Source: an uncultured Chloroflexia bacterium (GTDB lineage: Bacteria > Chloroflexota > Limnocylindria > Limnocylindrales > CSP1-4). From it: 64,000 nt of DNA. Below are positions 34,913 through 43,693 of the stretch, piece after piece. The stretch covers positions 116,972 through 180,971 of the forward strand of contig CAVPYV010000002.1 in assembly GCA_963710105.1 (NCBI GenBank). The letters are read 5' to 3'. Made by a program: the position numbers and the translations under genes. Each line of letters begins with the position of its first letter. Position 1 is the stretch's first letter. Below the pieces are notes generated by a model. The model was not told where the DNA came from. It saw only the letters and a program-made list of their open reading frames with translations, and did not search any database.

Positions 34913-36414
34913 GGGGAATCGGCCGGGGGCGCGGCGACGCGCCCCCGATCCGGCTGATCGCCGGTCTCGCCTCGATCGTCCTCGCCGTCGCAGCCTGCGG
35001 CGCGGCGGCTCCGAGCCCCGGTCCCGGCGGGGCGACCCGGTCGCCGGCCGGCCGGCCTGCGCCGTCAACGGTCGCGGGTGCCGCGGTCCCCGTCGTCCTC
35101 GACAGCGACCTTGACGCCGACGACCTCCGCGCCCTGGCCTACGTCGCGGCTCGGCCGGACGTCGATCTGCTCGCCGTCACGGTCGCCGGGACCGGCCTCG
35201 TCCACTGCCCGGCGGGTGTGCAGGTCGCCCGGGCCGTGCTCGCCCATGTCGGCCGTCCGGCGGTCCCGGTGGCCTGCGGGCGATCGACGCCACTGGCGGG
35301 CTCAGCGGCCTTCCCCGCCGAGTGGCGCGCCCGCGCGGATGCCGCGAATGGGCTCGACCTGAACGCGGCTCCGGCCGCGTCGGCAGGTCCGACGAACGAG
35401 CCGGCGACGGCCGTCGAGCTGCTGGCACAGGCGATCGGCGCGGCGCCATCGCCGGTTCGCCTGATCGTCCTGGGACCTGCCACGAACGTCGCGGAGGCAT
35501 TGGCGGCCCACCCGGATCTGGCCGATCGGATCGGCTCGGTCACGATGATGGGCGGCGCGCTGGCCGTCCCGGGCAACGTGGCCAGGGCCGGTGGCGCGGA
35601 CGCCTACCGCCCGGCGGAGTGGAACGTCTACGCCGATCCCACGGCCTGGCAGGCCGTGCTCGCAGCCGGCCTCCGGCCGACCGTCGTCGCGCTCGACGCG
35701 ACGAACGACGTCCCGGTCACGCAGGAGACCTTCCTGTCGATCGCCGCCAACCGCGACGCAGCCGCCGCTCGGCTCGTGTTCGATCTGTTCGACGCCGACC
35801 CGAGCCTCCTGACCACCGAGCAGTCGTTCTGGGACTCGCTGGCCGCGGTCGCCGCGTTCGACCCGGCCGTCGTCACGACGCGGCCGGCCACTGTCCGGGT
35901 CGTCCTGGCCGACGGCGACGAGCTCGGCCGGCTCGTCGAGGATCCGGCCGGCGCGGCGGTCACGGTCGCGACGCGCGCCGATCGCGGCGCCTTCGAGGCC
36001 CGGTTCGTGGCGACCCTCAACGGCGGCGCCGCCGTGCGGCCGGTTCCGGATCCCGCCGTGGACCTCGCGGTGACGTTCGACGGCGCGACGTGCGGGGTGG
36101 CCGGCCTGCCCGCCACGATCCCCACGGGGTTCATCGGCCTGGGCCTCGACAACCGGACCGGCTCATGGGCAGGCGCGGGGCTGCTCCTGCTCGCCGACGG
36201 CGTCAGCGTCCAGGATGTGGTCGACGCGGCGACGAGCGACCCCGACCGGATCCCGGCGATGGGCCGGATCGTCGTCGGGACCGGGGCGGACGGCCACGCC
36301 TCTGCCCGCGCGGTCGGATTGGCGACCCGCCCCGGCCGGGGGTTGGTCGCGTGCATCGCCTACGAGGGCGGCCCGCGCCTCGTGCCCGCCGCCGAGGTCG
36401 CGATCGGTCGGTGA
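34909..36414 (+). CDS. lipoprotein nucleoside hydrolase with extra C-terminal domain
   Basis: 3' part of ORF 34384..36414; LAVAAC lipobox, DSDLDADD Ca-binding motif, LGPATNVA, MMGGA, AEWNVYADP and FWDSLAA. Confidence 0.8.
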   Translation: MRGIGRGRGDAPPIRLIAGLASIVLAVAACGAAAPSPGPGGATRSPAGRPAPSTVAGAAVPVVLDSDLDADDLRALAYVAARPDVDLLAVTVAGTGLVHCPAGVQVARAVLAHVGRPAVPVACGRSTPLAGSAAFPAEWRARADAANGLDLNAAPAASAGPTNEPATAVELLAQAIGAAPSPVRLIVLGPATNVAEALAAHPDLADRIGSVTMMGGALAVPGNVARAGGADAYRPAEWNVYADPTAWQAVLAAGLRPTVVALDATNDVPVTQETFLSIAANRDAAAARLVFDLFDADPSLLTTEQSFWDSLAAVAAFDPAVVTTRPATVRVVLADGDELGRLVEDPAGAAVTVATRADRGAFEARFVATLNGGAAVRPVPDPAVDLAVTFDGATCGVAGLPATIPTGFIGLGLDNRTGSWAGAGLLLLADGVSVQDVVDAATSDPDRIPAMGRIVVGTGADGHASARAVGLATRPGRGLVACIAYEGGPRLVPAAEVAIGR

Positions 36415-36522
36415 GAGGCGCGGCACCTGCCGCCGGCTCCGAACGGGTCCTGTCCGGGCGATGCAACGTCCGACGGGCCCGTCCGGATTCCCGTGCGAGG
36501 CCGTCGGGCCGACGATCGGGGC

Positions 36523-36777
36523 ATGGCCATGGAGCTGCGCCGCCCCGAGCACGTCACGACCCGGTTCGTCGGGGTCGACCAGGGGACGAGTGATTCGGCC
36601 GGGGACGGCGACGCCCGCCCCAGGCCCCTCTCGGCGAGCGTTGGCACGGCCCTCCGCGGACTGCTCCTCGGGGCCGCGATCGGCGTCGTCGTGGTCGCCG
36701 GACCGGCCGGCCTCGCGTCGGAGGTGGCGCTCGGGGTGATTGCGGTCGCCGCCGCGTTCCTCAGCTGGGATCCCTGA
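36523..36777 (+). CDS. small two-TM hypothetical protein
   Basis: ATG 36523 lies 6 nt after a GACGAT -10-like hexamer; hydrophobic C-terminal half; stop overlaps the next ATG. Confidence 0.5.
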   Translation: MAMELRRPEHVTTRFVGVDQGTSDSAGDGDARPRPLSASVGTALRGLLLGAAIGVVVVAGPAGLASEVALGVIAVAAAFLSWDP

Positions 36778-37022
36778 TGACCTCGGGCGAGGACGGGCCG
36801 ATCGAGCTCCAGCTGCCCGACGGCGGCCAGATCCTCATGACCTTCGAGGACGACGCGGCGCGCAACGGCGAGGACGGCGTCGAGCTGGTCGGGGCGCTCG
36901 TCCGGGCGGACGGATCGGAGCGCGACATCGAGCGGGCGATCCGAGCCGAGGCCGGCGGGCTCGGCCTGACCTGCGAGAGCTCCAGCGAGCACCCGACGGT
37001 GATCGTCATCCGCCGCGGGTAA
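36777..37022 (+). CDS. small acidic hypothetical protein (81 aa)
   Basis: TGATG coupling to the previous ORF; GC3-rich codons; globular-looking sequence. Confidence 0.5.
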   Translation: MTSGEDGPIELQLPDGGQILMTFEDDAARNGEDGVELVGALVRADGSERDIERAIRAEAGGLGLTCESSSEHPTVIVIRRG

Positions 37023-37076
37023 CGGCGCGGGCTTCCCCACGCGCGCGCCCGCCGCGACGGGCGCGTCGAGGCGGAG

Positions 37077-37453
37077 TGGTGGAGATGGGGGAGAGTCGAA
37101 CTCCCCGTCCAGAACCCTTCGCCGGAGACCACTACGAGCGTGTCCGATGGTTTGTCGTCGACCGCCCGGACGAACATCGGCACCCTGCCGGACGGTCCAG
37201 TCACGTGCCCCTAGATCGGGCTTGATTCCGGACTACGCGACGCTCGTCCGGACCGCATCCCCGCTGAATGACGCTTCCACCGTCCGCGAGGAGGAGACGG
37301 CTTCCACGCTCACACTAGCTGCTTACGCAGCGAGGGCGAGAGTCGACTGGCGGTTGCCAGGTACTTCGTTTTGCTGCCTGATTAACGAGGCCTGAGCAGC
37401 ATCCTCGGCTCGCGTTCCCCGGTAGCCAGGCCCTGTCGAATCCACACATCCCC
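37077..37453 (-). ncRNA. ssrA: tmRNA; predicted tag (A)GNRQSTLALAA* at 37358-37323
   Basis: 5' GGGGATG pairs with 3' CATCTCC-ACCA including the G3-U wobble; GGATTCGAC D-loop-like and GTTCGACTC T-loop motifs; tag ORF ends in LALAA-TAA. Confidence 0.96.
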
Positions 37454-37482
37454 ACAGGACCGAACGACCGTTCGGATTGCGG

Positions 37483-37511
37483 ATTGTAGCCCGTCGGGCG
37501 CGATCGGCCAA
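37483..37511 (-). promoter_or_regulatory. sigma70-type promoter of ssrA
   Basis: TTGGCC (37511-37506), 17 nt, TACAAT (37488-37483). Confidence 0.7.
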
Positions 37512-37704
37512 GCGCGGGGACCGGGACGATCCTCCCATCGCGGCGGGTCTCGATCGGCTGCTATCGTTGTGAGCGGCCGAACCTCTCATCGAGGGCGGGG
37601 GACCCACGTCCCCACGGGGCAAATCGCGGATCGACCGCGACGGCGAACCCACGCCGCGCCCGACAGCTCACCTCGCAGGCCCGCGGGCTGCTTCGAGGTA
37701 CGCG

Positions 37705-39048
37705 GTGCTCCGGCCGTCACTCTTCAACTCGGCGTCACGCCGCGCGATCGGGCGGAATCTCGCCCTCGACCTGGTCGCCGCGATCGGGATCGGCGTGACG
37801 ATGGCCCTGGTCGGCGCGATCCTGCCGACCGTGGCCCGCCGCAACGGCCTCGACCCGATCGGGCTGTCCGCGCTCGCCGCGGCGCCGTTCGTGGCGAACC
37901 TCCTCGGGGCGTTCGCCGGACGGCTGGGGCCGCGGAACCGCGTCCAGCTCGGCCTCGTCCGCGGCCTCGGGTCGGCGTCGCTGCTCGTCCTCTTCCTGGC
38001 GCCATCGGCCGGCGTCGTCATCCTCGTCGCGATCGCCTTCTGGCTCAGCCTGTCCTTCGGCAACCCGCTCCACTTCCGGTTCTGGGGCGCGATGTACCCC
38101 GCCCGCCTGCGCGGCCGGGTCGTGGGGATCCTCGGGATGGGCCGATCCGGAGCCGGGGCGCTCGCCGCCATCGGCGGCGGCATCCTGGCCGACGTCATCG
38201 GCGGCGAGCAGGCGGTCGCCGTCGCCGGCGCGATCGGCGTCGTGGCCGCGTCCGGCTACCTCGGGTTCCGGGCGGCCGCCGGCGATGCCCCGGCGACCTT
38301 CTCCGCCCGTGAGTCGATCAAGGCCCTTCGCGAGCGTCCTCGCCTGGTCAGCCTCACGATCGCCCAGCTCTTCTACGGCGGCGGGGTGATCGCGGCCACG
38401 CCCCTGTTCGCCCTCGTCCACGTCGACCGGCTCAACCTGAGCCTCGCCGACGTCGGCCTGATCGGTGTCCTGACGGCCGTCGCGACGACGTTGACGTTCC
38501 CCCTCTGGGGCGTCGTCGCGGATCGCCGCGGCGCGGTCATGCCGCTCGCCGCCGGGAGCCTGTTGGGCACGATCGGCCTCGTGGCCTACGCGGTGGCTCC
38601 GAGCGTGGCCTTCCTGTGGGTCGGCGCGCTGGCGCTGGGCGTGGCCAGTGGTGGCATCGACCTCGGGATCGCGTCGGTCGTCAGCGAGGACACGCCGATG
38701 ACGACCCGTGCCGCGGCGATGGCCGGCTGGAACGCGGTCACCGGGGCCCGCGGCATCGTGGCGGCGTTCGCGATGAGCGTGCTGCTCGGAGCGAAGGTCG
38801 TCGACGTGACCGCGGCGCTCCTGCTCTCGGCGGGGATCGCGGGCGTCGGGGTCTGGCTGTTCATCGTCGCCGGGCGGATCCGGCCCGTCGATGGCCTCGT
38901 CACGGAGCCGGCCGCCGCGGCCGCCGCCGGGTCCTGGTCGTCGGGGGTGCCGGCTCCCGCCGCGCCGGCACCCGCCTCGCCCGCGGCCGCTCCGGCCGGA
39001 GCGCGCCTCTCGAGCCAGGGGCGGATCGCGGAGACGCCTCGCCTGTGA
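37705..39048 (+). CDS. MFS transporter
   Basis: About 12 TM helices; MYPARLRGRVVG and WGVVADRRGA loop motifs. Confidence 0.88.
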   Translation: MLRPSLFNSASRRAIGRNLALDLVAAIGIGVTMALVGAILPTVARRNGLDPIGLSALAAAPFVANLLGAFAGRLGPRNRVQLGLVRGLGSASLLVLFLAPSAGVVILVAIAFWLSLSFGNPLHFRFWGAMYPARLRGRVVGILGMGRSGAGALAAIGGGILADVIGGEQAVAVAGAIGVVAASGYLGFRAAAGDAPATFSARESIKALRERPRLVSLTIAQLFYGGGVIAATPLFALVHVDRLNLSLADVGLIGVLTAVATTLTFPLWGVVADRRGAVMPLAAGSLLGTIGLVAYAVAPSVAFLWVGALALGVASGGIDLGIASVVSEDTPMTTRAAAMAGWNAVTGARGIVAAFAMSVLLGAKVVDVTAALLLSAGIAGVGVWLFIVAGRIRPVDGLVTEPAAAAAAGSWSSGVPAPAAPAPASPAAAPAGARLSSQGRIAETPRL

Positions 39049-39103
39049 TCGAGCGGACCCCGTCGGCGACCTTGGACCGGCGCGGGCTCGCTACGATGCG
39101 ATC

Positions 39104-39718
39104 GTGCGATTGACGGCGTGGGAGGAGGAGCGGCTCCTGGTCTTCACGGCCGCGGAGCTCGCCCGGCGGCACCGCGCGGCCGGCCTGCTCCTGAACGCGC
39201 CGGAGGCGATCGCGATCATCTGCGACGCGATGCTCGAGGCTGCCCGGGCGGACGGCTCCCTCGCCGAGGTCGAGGCAGCAGGGCGCGTCGCGGTCGCGGC
39301 GGACGAGGTGATCGACGGCGTCCGCGAGCTCGTCGACGAGGTCCGCCTCGAGGTCCTCGTCGGGGACGGAACCCGGCTGGTCGTCCTGGGCGACCCGCTC
39401 GGGGGCGGTCGGCCGATGGCGGCGCAGGCGCCGGGGGCGATCGTCGCCGGCCCCGGCCGGCCGGTCTCGCACGACGGGCGGGAGCGGCGGCGCCTGGTCG
39501 TGCGCAGCGAGTCGCGCCGGACCATCCGGGTGTCCTCGCACCACCCGTTCGACCGGGTGAACGCCCGACTCGTCTTCGATCGCGCCGCGGCGGCCGGCTT
39601 CCGGCTCGACCTGCCGGCCGGGATGTCGGAGGCCTGGGCTCCCGGTGAGGAGCGGACGGTCGAGCTGGTCCGCTATGGCGGCTCGGGCGGTGAGCCCGGG
39701 TCGCGAGAGGGGCGGTGA
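39104..39718 (+). CDS. fused urease gamma/beta-like subunit
   Basis: 3' part of ORF 38891..39718; RLTAWEEERLL, GLLLNAPEAIA, DGTRLV, I-x-VSSHHPF-x2-VN-x-RL-x-FDR-x3-AGFRLDLPAG. Confidence 0.85.
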   Translation: MRLTAWEEERLLVFTAAELARRHRAAGLLLNAPEAIAIICDAMLEAARADGSLAEVEAAGRVAVAADEVIDGVRELVDEVRLEVLVGDGTRLVVLGDPLGGGRPMAAQAPGAIVAGPGRPVSHDGRERRRLVVRSESRRTIRVSSHHPFDRVNARLVFDRAAAAGFRLDLPAGMSEAWAPGEERTVELVRYGGSGGEPGSREGR

Positions 39719-39722
39719 GCCG

Positions 39723-41396
39723 GTGACCCGCGCGCTCGATCCCGCGGAGCGCCTCGCCCGCTACGGCCCGACCGTCGGCGATCGGGTCCGCCTCGCCGAC
39801 ACCGACCTCTGGGTCCGCGTCGAGGAGGACCGTCAGGCGCCGGGTGACGAGCCGATCTGGGGCTACGCGAAGACGCTCCGATCGCGGATGGCCCAGGCCG
39901 GCCGGGCGAGCGACTCCGAGCTCGACGTGCTGGTCGCGGGTGCGCTCGTGATCGACCCGACGATCGGGGTCGTCAAGGCCGACATCGGGATCAAGGACGG
40001 CCGGATCGTCGGGATCGGGCGGGCGGGCAACCCGGCGATCAGCGACGGGATCGAGCTGGAGATCGGGCCGCACACGGCCTCGATCATGGCCTACGGGCTG
40101 ATCGCGACGCCGGGCGCGGTCGACAGCCACGTCCACCTGATCAGCCCGGAGCTCCTGCCGGCCGCTTTGTCGGGCGGGGTGACGACGCTGATCACCGCCG
40201 GGTTCGAGGAGCCGCCCCGGGCGATGAGCCAGACGCTCGCCGCGACGGCCGGCTGGCCGTTGAACATCGGCCTTCAGGCCTGCGCCCGGTCGGAGGCGGC
40301 GGCCGACCTGGAGGCGCTGCTCGCCGCCGGAGCGATCGGGTTCAAGATCCACGAGGACTACGGAGCAGATCCCGGACTGATCGACGCGACCCTTCGGTTC
40401 GCCGATGCGGCCGACGTCGCCGTCTCGCTCCACACGGACGGCCTCCACGAGTCGGCCGAGCTCGAGGACACGGTCGCCGCGATCGACGGGCGGACCGTCC
40501 ACGCCTACCACGTCGAGGGGACGGGCGGCGGCCACGTCCCCGACCTGCTCGGGCTGGCCCGCGAGCCGAACATCATCTGCTCGTCGACCACGCCGACGAT
40601 CCCGTTCGGGGTGAGCACGGCCGCCGAGCATGTCGCGATGATCGTGCTCAACCACGGCGGCTCGATGGGGGTGGCGGCCGACGTCGCGCTGGCGGCCGGC
40701 CGGATCCATCCGGCGACGATGGCGGCCGAGGGTCCGCTCCACGACCTGGGCGCGATCCAGATCATCAACTCCAATTCGCAGGGCATGGGTCGGATCATGG
40801 AGACCGTTCGGCGGACCCTCCAGCTTGGTAGCGTGCTGACACGCTGGCGTGGTAGCACGCTGCAACGGGAGGACGAGGCGGACAACGCGCGCGTCCTCCG
40901 CTACCTCGCCAAGGTCACGATCGAGCCGGCGATCACCCACGGCGTCGCCGACCATGTCGGCTCGCTCCGGGTCGGCCGGCTGGCCGACATCGTGCTCTGG
41001 AAGCCGGCCTGGTTCGGCGCCAAGCCGGAGCTCGTCCTGAAATCCGGCGTCGCCGCCTGGGCGCCGCTCGGCGATGGCAACGCCACGGTCGAGCGGGCCG
41101 AGCCGACGCGCTACCGACCCGACTGGGGCGCCGCCCCGCGCCTCGCCGCTCAGCTCGGGGTGACCTTCGCCCCGCCGTCGGCCGTGGACGACCTCCGGCG
41201 GCGCTCGCCGCGCGGCCGGGAGGTGGTCGCGATCGGCCGGACCCGCGGCCTCACCCGGGCGGACCTCTGGCTCAACCGGGCCACGGCGCCGATCGAGATC
41301 GACCCGACCGACGGCCGCGTGACGCTGAACGGCGAGCCTCTGGCGATCGACTCCGTCGTCGAGGTCCCGCTCAGCCGGCGCTACTTCCTGCGCTGA
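39723..41396 (+). CDS. divergent urease alpha-like amidohydrolase
   Basis: [53 protein letters not shown] and VPLSRRYFL; the canonical SDS is SNS and the flap CHH is NHG. Confidence 0.85.
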   Translation: MTRALDPAERLARYGPTVGDRVRLADTDLWVRVEEDRQAPGDEPIWGYAKTLRSRMAQAGRASDSELDVLVAGALVIDPTIGVVKADIGIKDGRIVGIGRAGNPAISDGIELEIGPHTASIMAYGLIATPGAVDSHVHLISPELLPAALSGGVTTLITAGFEEPPRAMSQTLAATAGWPLNIGLQACARSEAAADLEALLAAGAIGFKIHEDYGADPGLIDATLRFADAADVAVSLHTDGLHESAELEDTVAAIDGRTVHAYHVEGTGGGHVPDLLGLAREPNIICSSTTPTIPFGVSTAAEHVAMIVLNHGGSMGVAADVALAAGRIHPATMAAEGPLHDLGAIQIINSNSQGMGRIMETVRRTLQLGSVLTRWRGSTLQREDEADNARVLRYLAKVTIEPAITHGVADHVGSLRVGRLADIVLWKPAWFGAKPELVLKSGVAAWAPLGDGNATVERAEPTRYRPDWGAAPRLAAQLGVTFAPPSAVDDLRRRSPRGREVVAIGRTRGLTRADLWLNRATAPIEIDPTDGRVTLNGEPLAIDSVVEVPLSRRYFLR

Positions 41397-41440
41397 TCGG
41401 AGCCACTCGATCGTGGCATCCGTCCCGTGCCGACCCCGCC

Positions 41441-42547
41441 TCAGGCCCAGATGTCGCCGATCGTGAAGCCGTCGGGAAAGGGGTCGGTCGGGTCCACGAC
41501 GTAGTCGGCGATCCCGGTGATCCAGGCCTGGCCGGTGATCTGGGGCACGACCGCGGCGCGGTCGCCGATCCGCGTCTCCTCGAGGAGCCGACCCGTGAAC
41601 ACCGTCCCGAGGATCCCCTCGTGGCGGAAGTCGTCGCCGATCGCGAGTCGGCCCCGCGCATGCAGCGTTGCCATCCGGGCCGAGGTGCCCGTCCCGCACG
41701 GCGAGCGGTCGATCGCCCCGGTCCACGTCGCGGGCCGCTCCCAGTCGAGCGCGCCGGACGACACCGTCACGACGTTCCGCATCGAGTTCACCGGATCGTG
41801 CGCCGGCCCGGACAGCTGGCCGATCGTGATCCCCGCGAACCCCGGCTGCTCCGGATGGACGACCGGCAGCTGCTCGTTCGCGGCGGCCTTGATCATCTCG
41901 GTGATCCGGGCGATGTCGGCGCCCTCGTCCGGCGTCAGGCGCAGCCCGAACGCCTCGGCCGAGGCGATCACGTAGAACATCCCGCCGTACGCGACGTCGA
42001 CCGTGACCGCGCCCAGCTGGGGGACCTCCACGACCGCGTCGAGATGGGTCGCGAACGCCGGCACGTTGCGGAAGGTGACGGCGGTCACCTTCCCGTCCGA
42101 GCAGGCGGCGCGCACCCGGATGAGCCCGGCGGGCGCCTCGAGGGTCAGCTCGGTCACGGGCTCGGCCATCGGCAGGATCCCGGTCTCGAGGAGCGCCGTG
42201 ACGACGCACATCGTGTTCGTCCCGCTCATCCCGGGGTACTCGACCTGCTCCATGATCACGTAGCCGGCCGCCGCCTCGGGATGAGCCGACGGCAGGATCA
42301 GGTTGCAGTTCGCCGCCGGGAAGCCGCGCGGCTCGCGGAGCATCCGCAGGCGGAGGTCGTCGCGATTCGCCTGGAGCCAGGTCATCGCCTCGAACATCGT
42401 CCCGCCGGGAACGCCCTCGACGCCGCCGACGATCACCCGGCCGGGCTCGCCGCAGGCGTGCAGGTCGACCGCCCGGATCGTGGGGCCGAGGCGAAGGGGC
42501 GGCCGTTCCGACGCGGGGTTCACGGTTCGAGCGTAGCGTCGAGCCAC
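41441..42547 (-). CDS. proline racemase superfamily protein (Ser/Cys dyad; start uncertain)
   Basis: HACGEPGRV, LREPRG, GMSGTN, VDVAYGGMFY and IDRSPCGTGTSA. Confidence 0.9.
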   Translation of the reverse strand: MARRYARTVNPASERPPLRLGPTIRAVDLHACGEPGRVIVGGVEGVPGGTMFEAMTWLQANRDDLRLRMLREPRGFPAANCNLILPSAHPEAAAGYVIMEQVEYPGMSGTNTMCVVTALLETGILPMAEPVTELTLEAPAGLIRVRAACSDGKVTAVTFRNVPAFATHLDAVVEVPQLGAVTVDVAYGGMFYVIASAEAFGLRLTPDEGADIARITEMIKAAANEQLPVVHPEQPGFAGITIGQLSGPAHDPVNSMRNVVTVSSGALDWERPATWTGAIDRSPCGTGTSARMATLHARGRLAIGDDFRHEGILGTVFTGRLLEETRIGDRAAVVPQITGQAWITGIADYVVDPTDPFPDGFTIGDIWA

Positions 42548-43008
42548 CAGCGCCGCTCGGCCGCCCGCTCCCCGAACAGGTCCTCCTCGAACGCCTCGCG
42601 GGGGACGAACCCGCGGCGCTCATAGAAGACCTCGCCCTTGCGGTTGCCGGTCAGGACGTCGGCGACGACCGGCCGGTCCGGATACCGAGCCCGAAGCGTC
42701 GAGAGGAGCAGCGTGCCGGCCCCCTCGCCGCGCCGCCCCGGATCGGCGTAGATCGCGACGAGGCTGAGCCGGTCGGCCTCGGGCAGCGCATCGGCGAAGG
42801 CGAGGATCCCGCCGTCGTCCTCGGCGACCAGGACGACGTGGCCGGCGATCCGTCGCTCCAGCCGCTCGACTGTGTAGGCCGCGTTCACGAACGCCTCGAT
42901 CGTGGCCGCCGCGAGGAGCCCCGCGTAGGTGTCGCGCCAGGCCGCCCGGGCGACGACCCCGATCGCGGCCGCGTCGGTGGCAGTGGCGTCGCGGACCCGG
43001 AGGGCCAT
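42520..43008 (-). CDS. GNAT acetyltransferase
   Basis: VRDATATDA-x2-I, IYADPGRRGEGAGTLLL and FYERRGF. Confidence 0.85.
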   Translation of the reverse strand: MALRVRDATATDAAAIGVVARAAWRDTYAGLLAAATIEAFVNAAYTVERLERRIAGHVVLVAEDDGGILAFADALPEADRLSLVAIYADPGRRGEGAGTLLLSTLRARYPDRPVVADVLTGNRKGEVFYERRGFVPREAFEEDLFGERAAERRWWLDATLEP

Positions 43009-43018
43009 CGTCGCCGGG

Positions 43019-43486
43019 TCAGCGGCCGCGCTGGGCGTCGGCCATCTCGCGGGCGACGTCCCGCTTCGCGTCGCGGTCGGCGATGTCCCGCCGGCGGTCG
43101 AAGAGGTTCTTGCCGCGGGCCAGACCGAGCTCGAGCTTGGCCCGTCCCTTTCCGGTCAGGTACAGCCGGAGCGGCACGATCGTCTGGCCCTTCGCCTTCG
43201 TCCGGCCGAGGAGCTCGTCGATCTCGCCGCGGTGGAGGAGGAGCTTGCGGATCCGCTTCGGCTCGTGGTTGTAGCGGTTCGCCTGCTCGAACGGGGCGAT
43301 GTGGGCGCCGATCAGCCAGGCCTCGTCGCGCTCGATCCGGGCGTACGCGTCGGACAGGTTGACCTTGCCGGCCCGGATCGACTTGATCTCCGTGCCGGTC
43401 AGGACGATCCCCGCCTCGAAGGTCTCGTCGATCGTGAAGTCGTGACGGGCTCGCCGATTGAGGGCGATCGTCTTCTCGTCAGCCAC
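43019..43486 (-). CDS. smpB: SsrA-binding protein
   Basis: IALNRRARHDF, EAGIVLTGTEIKSIR, RKLLLHRGEI and GKNLFDRR. Confidence 0.97.
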   Translation of the reverse strand: MADEKTIALNRRARHDFTIDETFEAGIVLTGTEIKSIRAGKVNLSDAYARIERDEAWLIGAHIAPFEQANRYNHEPKRIRKLLLHRGEIDELLGRTKAKGQTIVPLRLYLTGKGRAKLELGLARGKNLFDRRRDIADRDAKRDVAREMADAQRGR

Positions 43487-43556
43487 CGTGGTTCCTTGTC
43501 CGGTTGCGCCGTCGCGGACGCAGATCTTCGTTCATTTCCTGTGCCCCCACACGCAC

Positions 43557-43583
43557 GAAGGCCGGCCCTTGCGGACCGGCCTC
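43557..43583 (-). terminator. hairpin with GCAA tetraloop, probable terminator
   Basis: GAGGCCGGTCC-GCAA-GGGCCGGCCTTC on the minus strand, followed by only a weak G/U tract. Confidence 0.55.
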
Positions 43584-43614
43584 CGAAAGCGTTCCCACCC
43601 ACAGGGGTGACCGA

Positions 43615-43665
43615 CTAGACGGCCATCTCCTGCGAGGTGGTGCAGCTACGCGTACTGTCGATCAC
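43615..43665 (-). CDS. candidate 16-aa peptide MIDSTRSCTTSQEMAV
   Basis: AGGAGGTGA SD ends 6 nt before GTG; own promoter upstream and hairpins downstream; too short for the ORF track. Confidence 0.5.
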   Translation of the reverse strand: MIDSTRSCTTSQEMAV

Positions 43666-43693
43666 TGCACATCACCTCCTTTCGTTCCGGGAA

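Noticed and set aside
27040-37076. Genomic island integrated at the tmRNA 3' end
   Set aside because: No integrase, and no duplicated ssrA 3' end (att site) was seen by eye; the genes are accessory-like but show no mobility evidence.
37520-37535. GGG-ACGA-TCC hairpin resembling a guanidine-II riboswitch loop
   Set aside because: Only a single, weak hairpin, located upstream of the predicted MFS -10 element and so outside the transcript.
43646-43672. Alternative 8-aa ORF MCSDRQYA in the small unit
   Set aside because: Its ATG overlaps the SD itself, leaving no spacing; GTG 43665 has optimal spacing.
43670-43685. ATCACCTCCTTTC resembling a 16S rRNA 3' end
   Set aside because: No other rRNA sequence is present; it is simply the complement of a strong SD on the minus strand.
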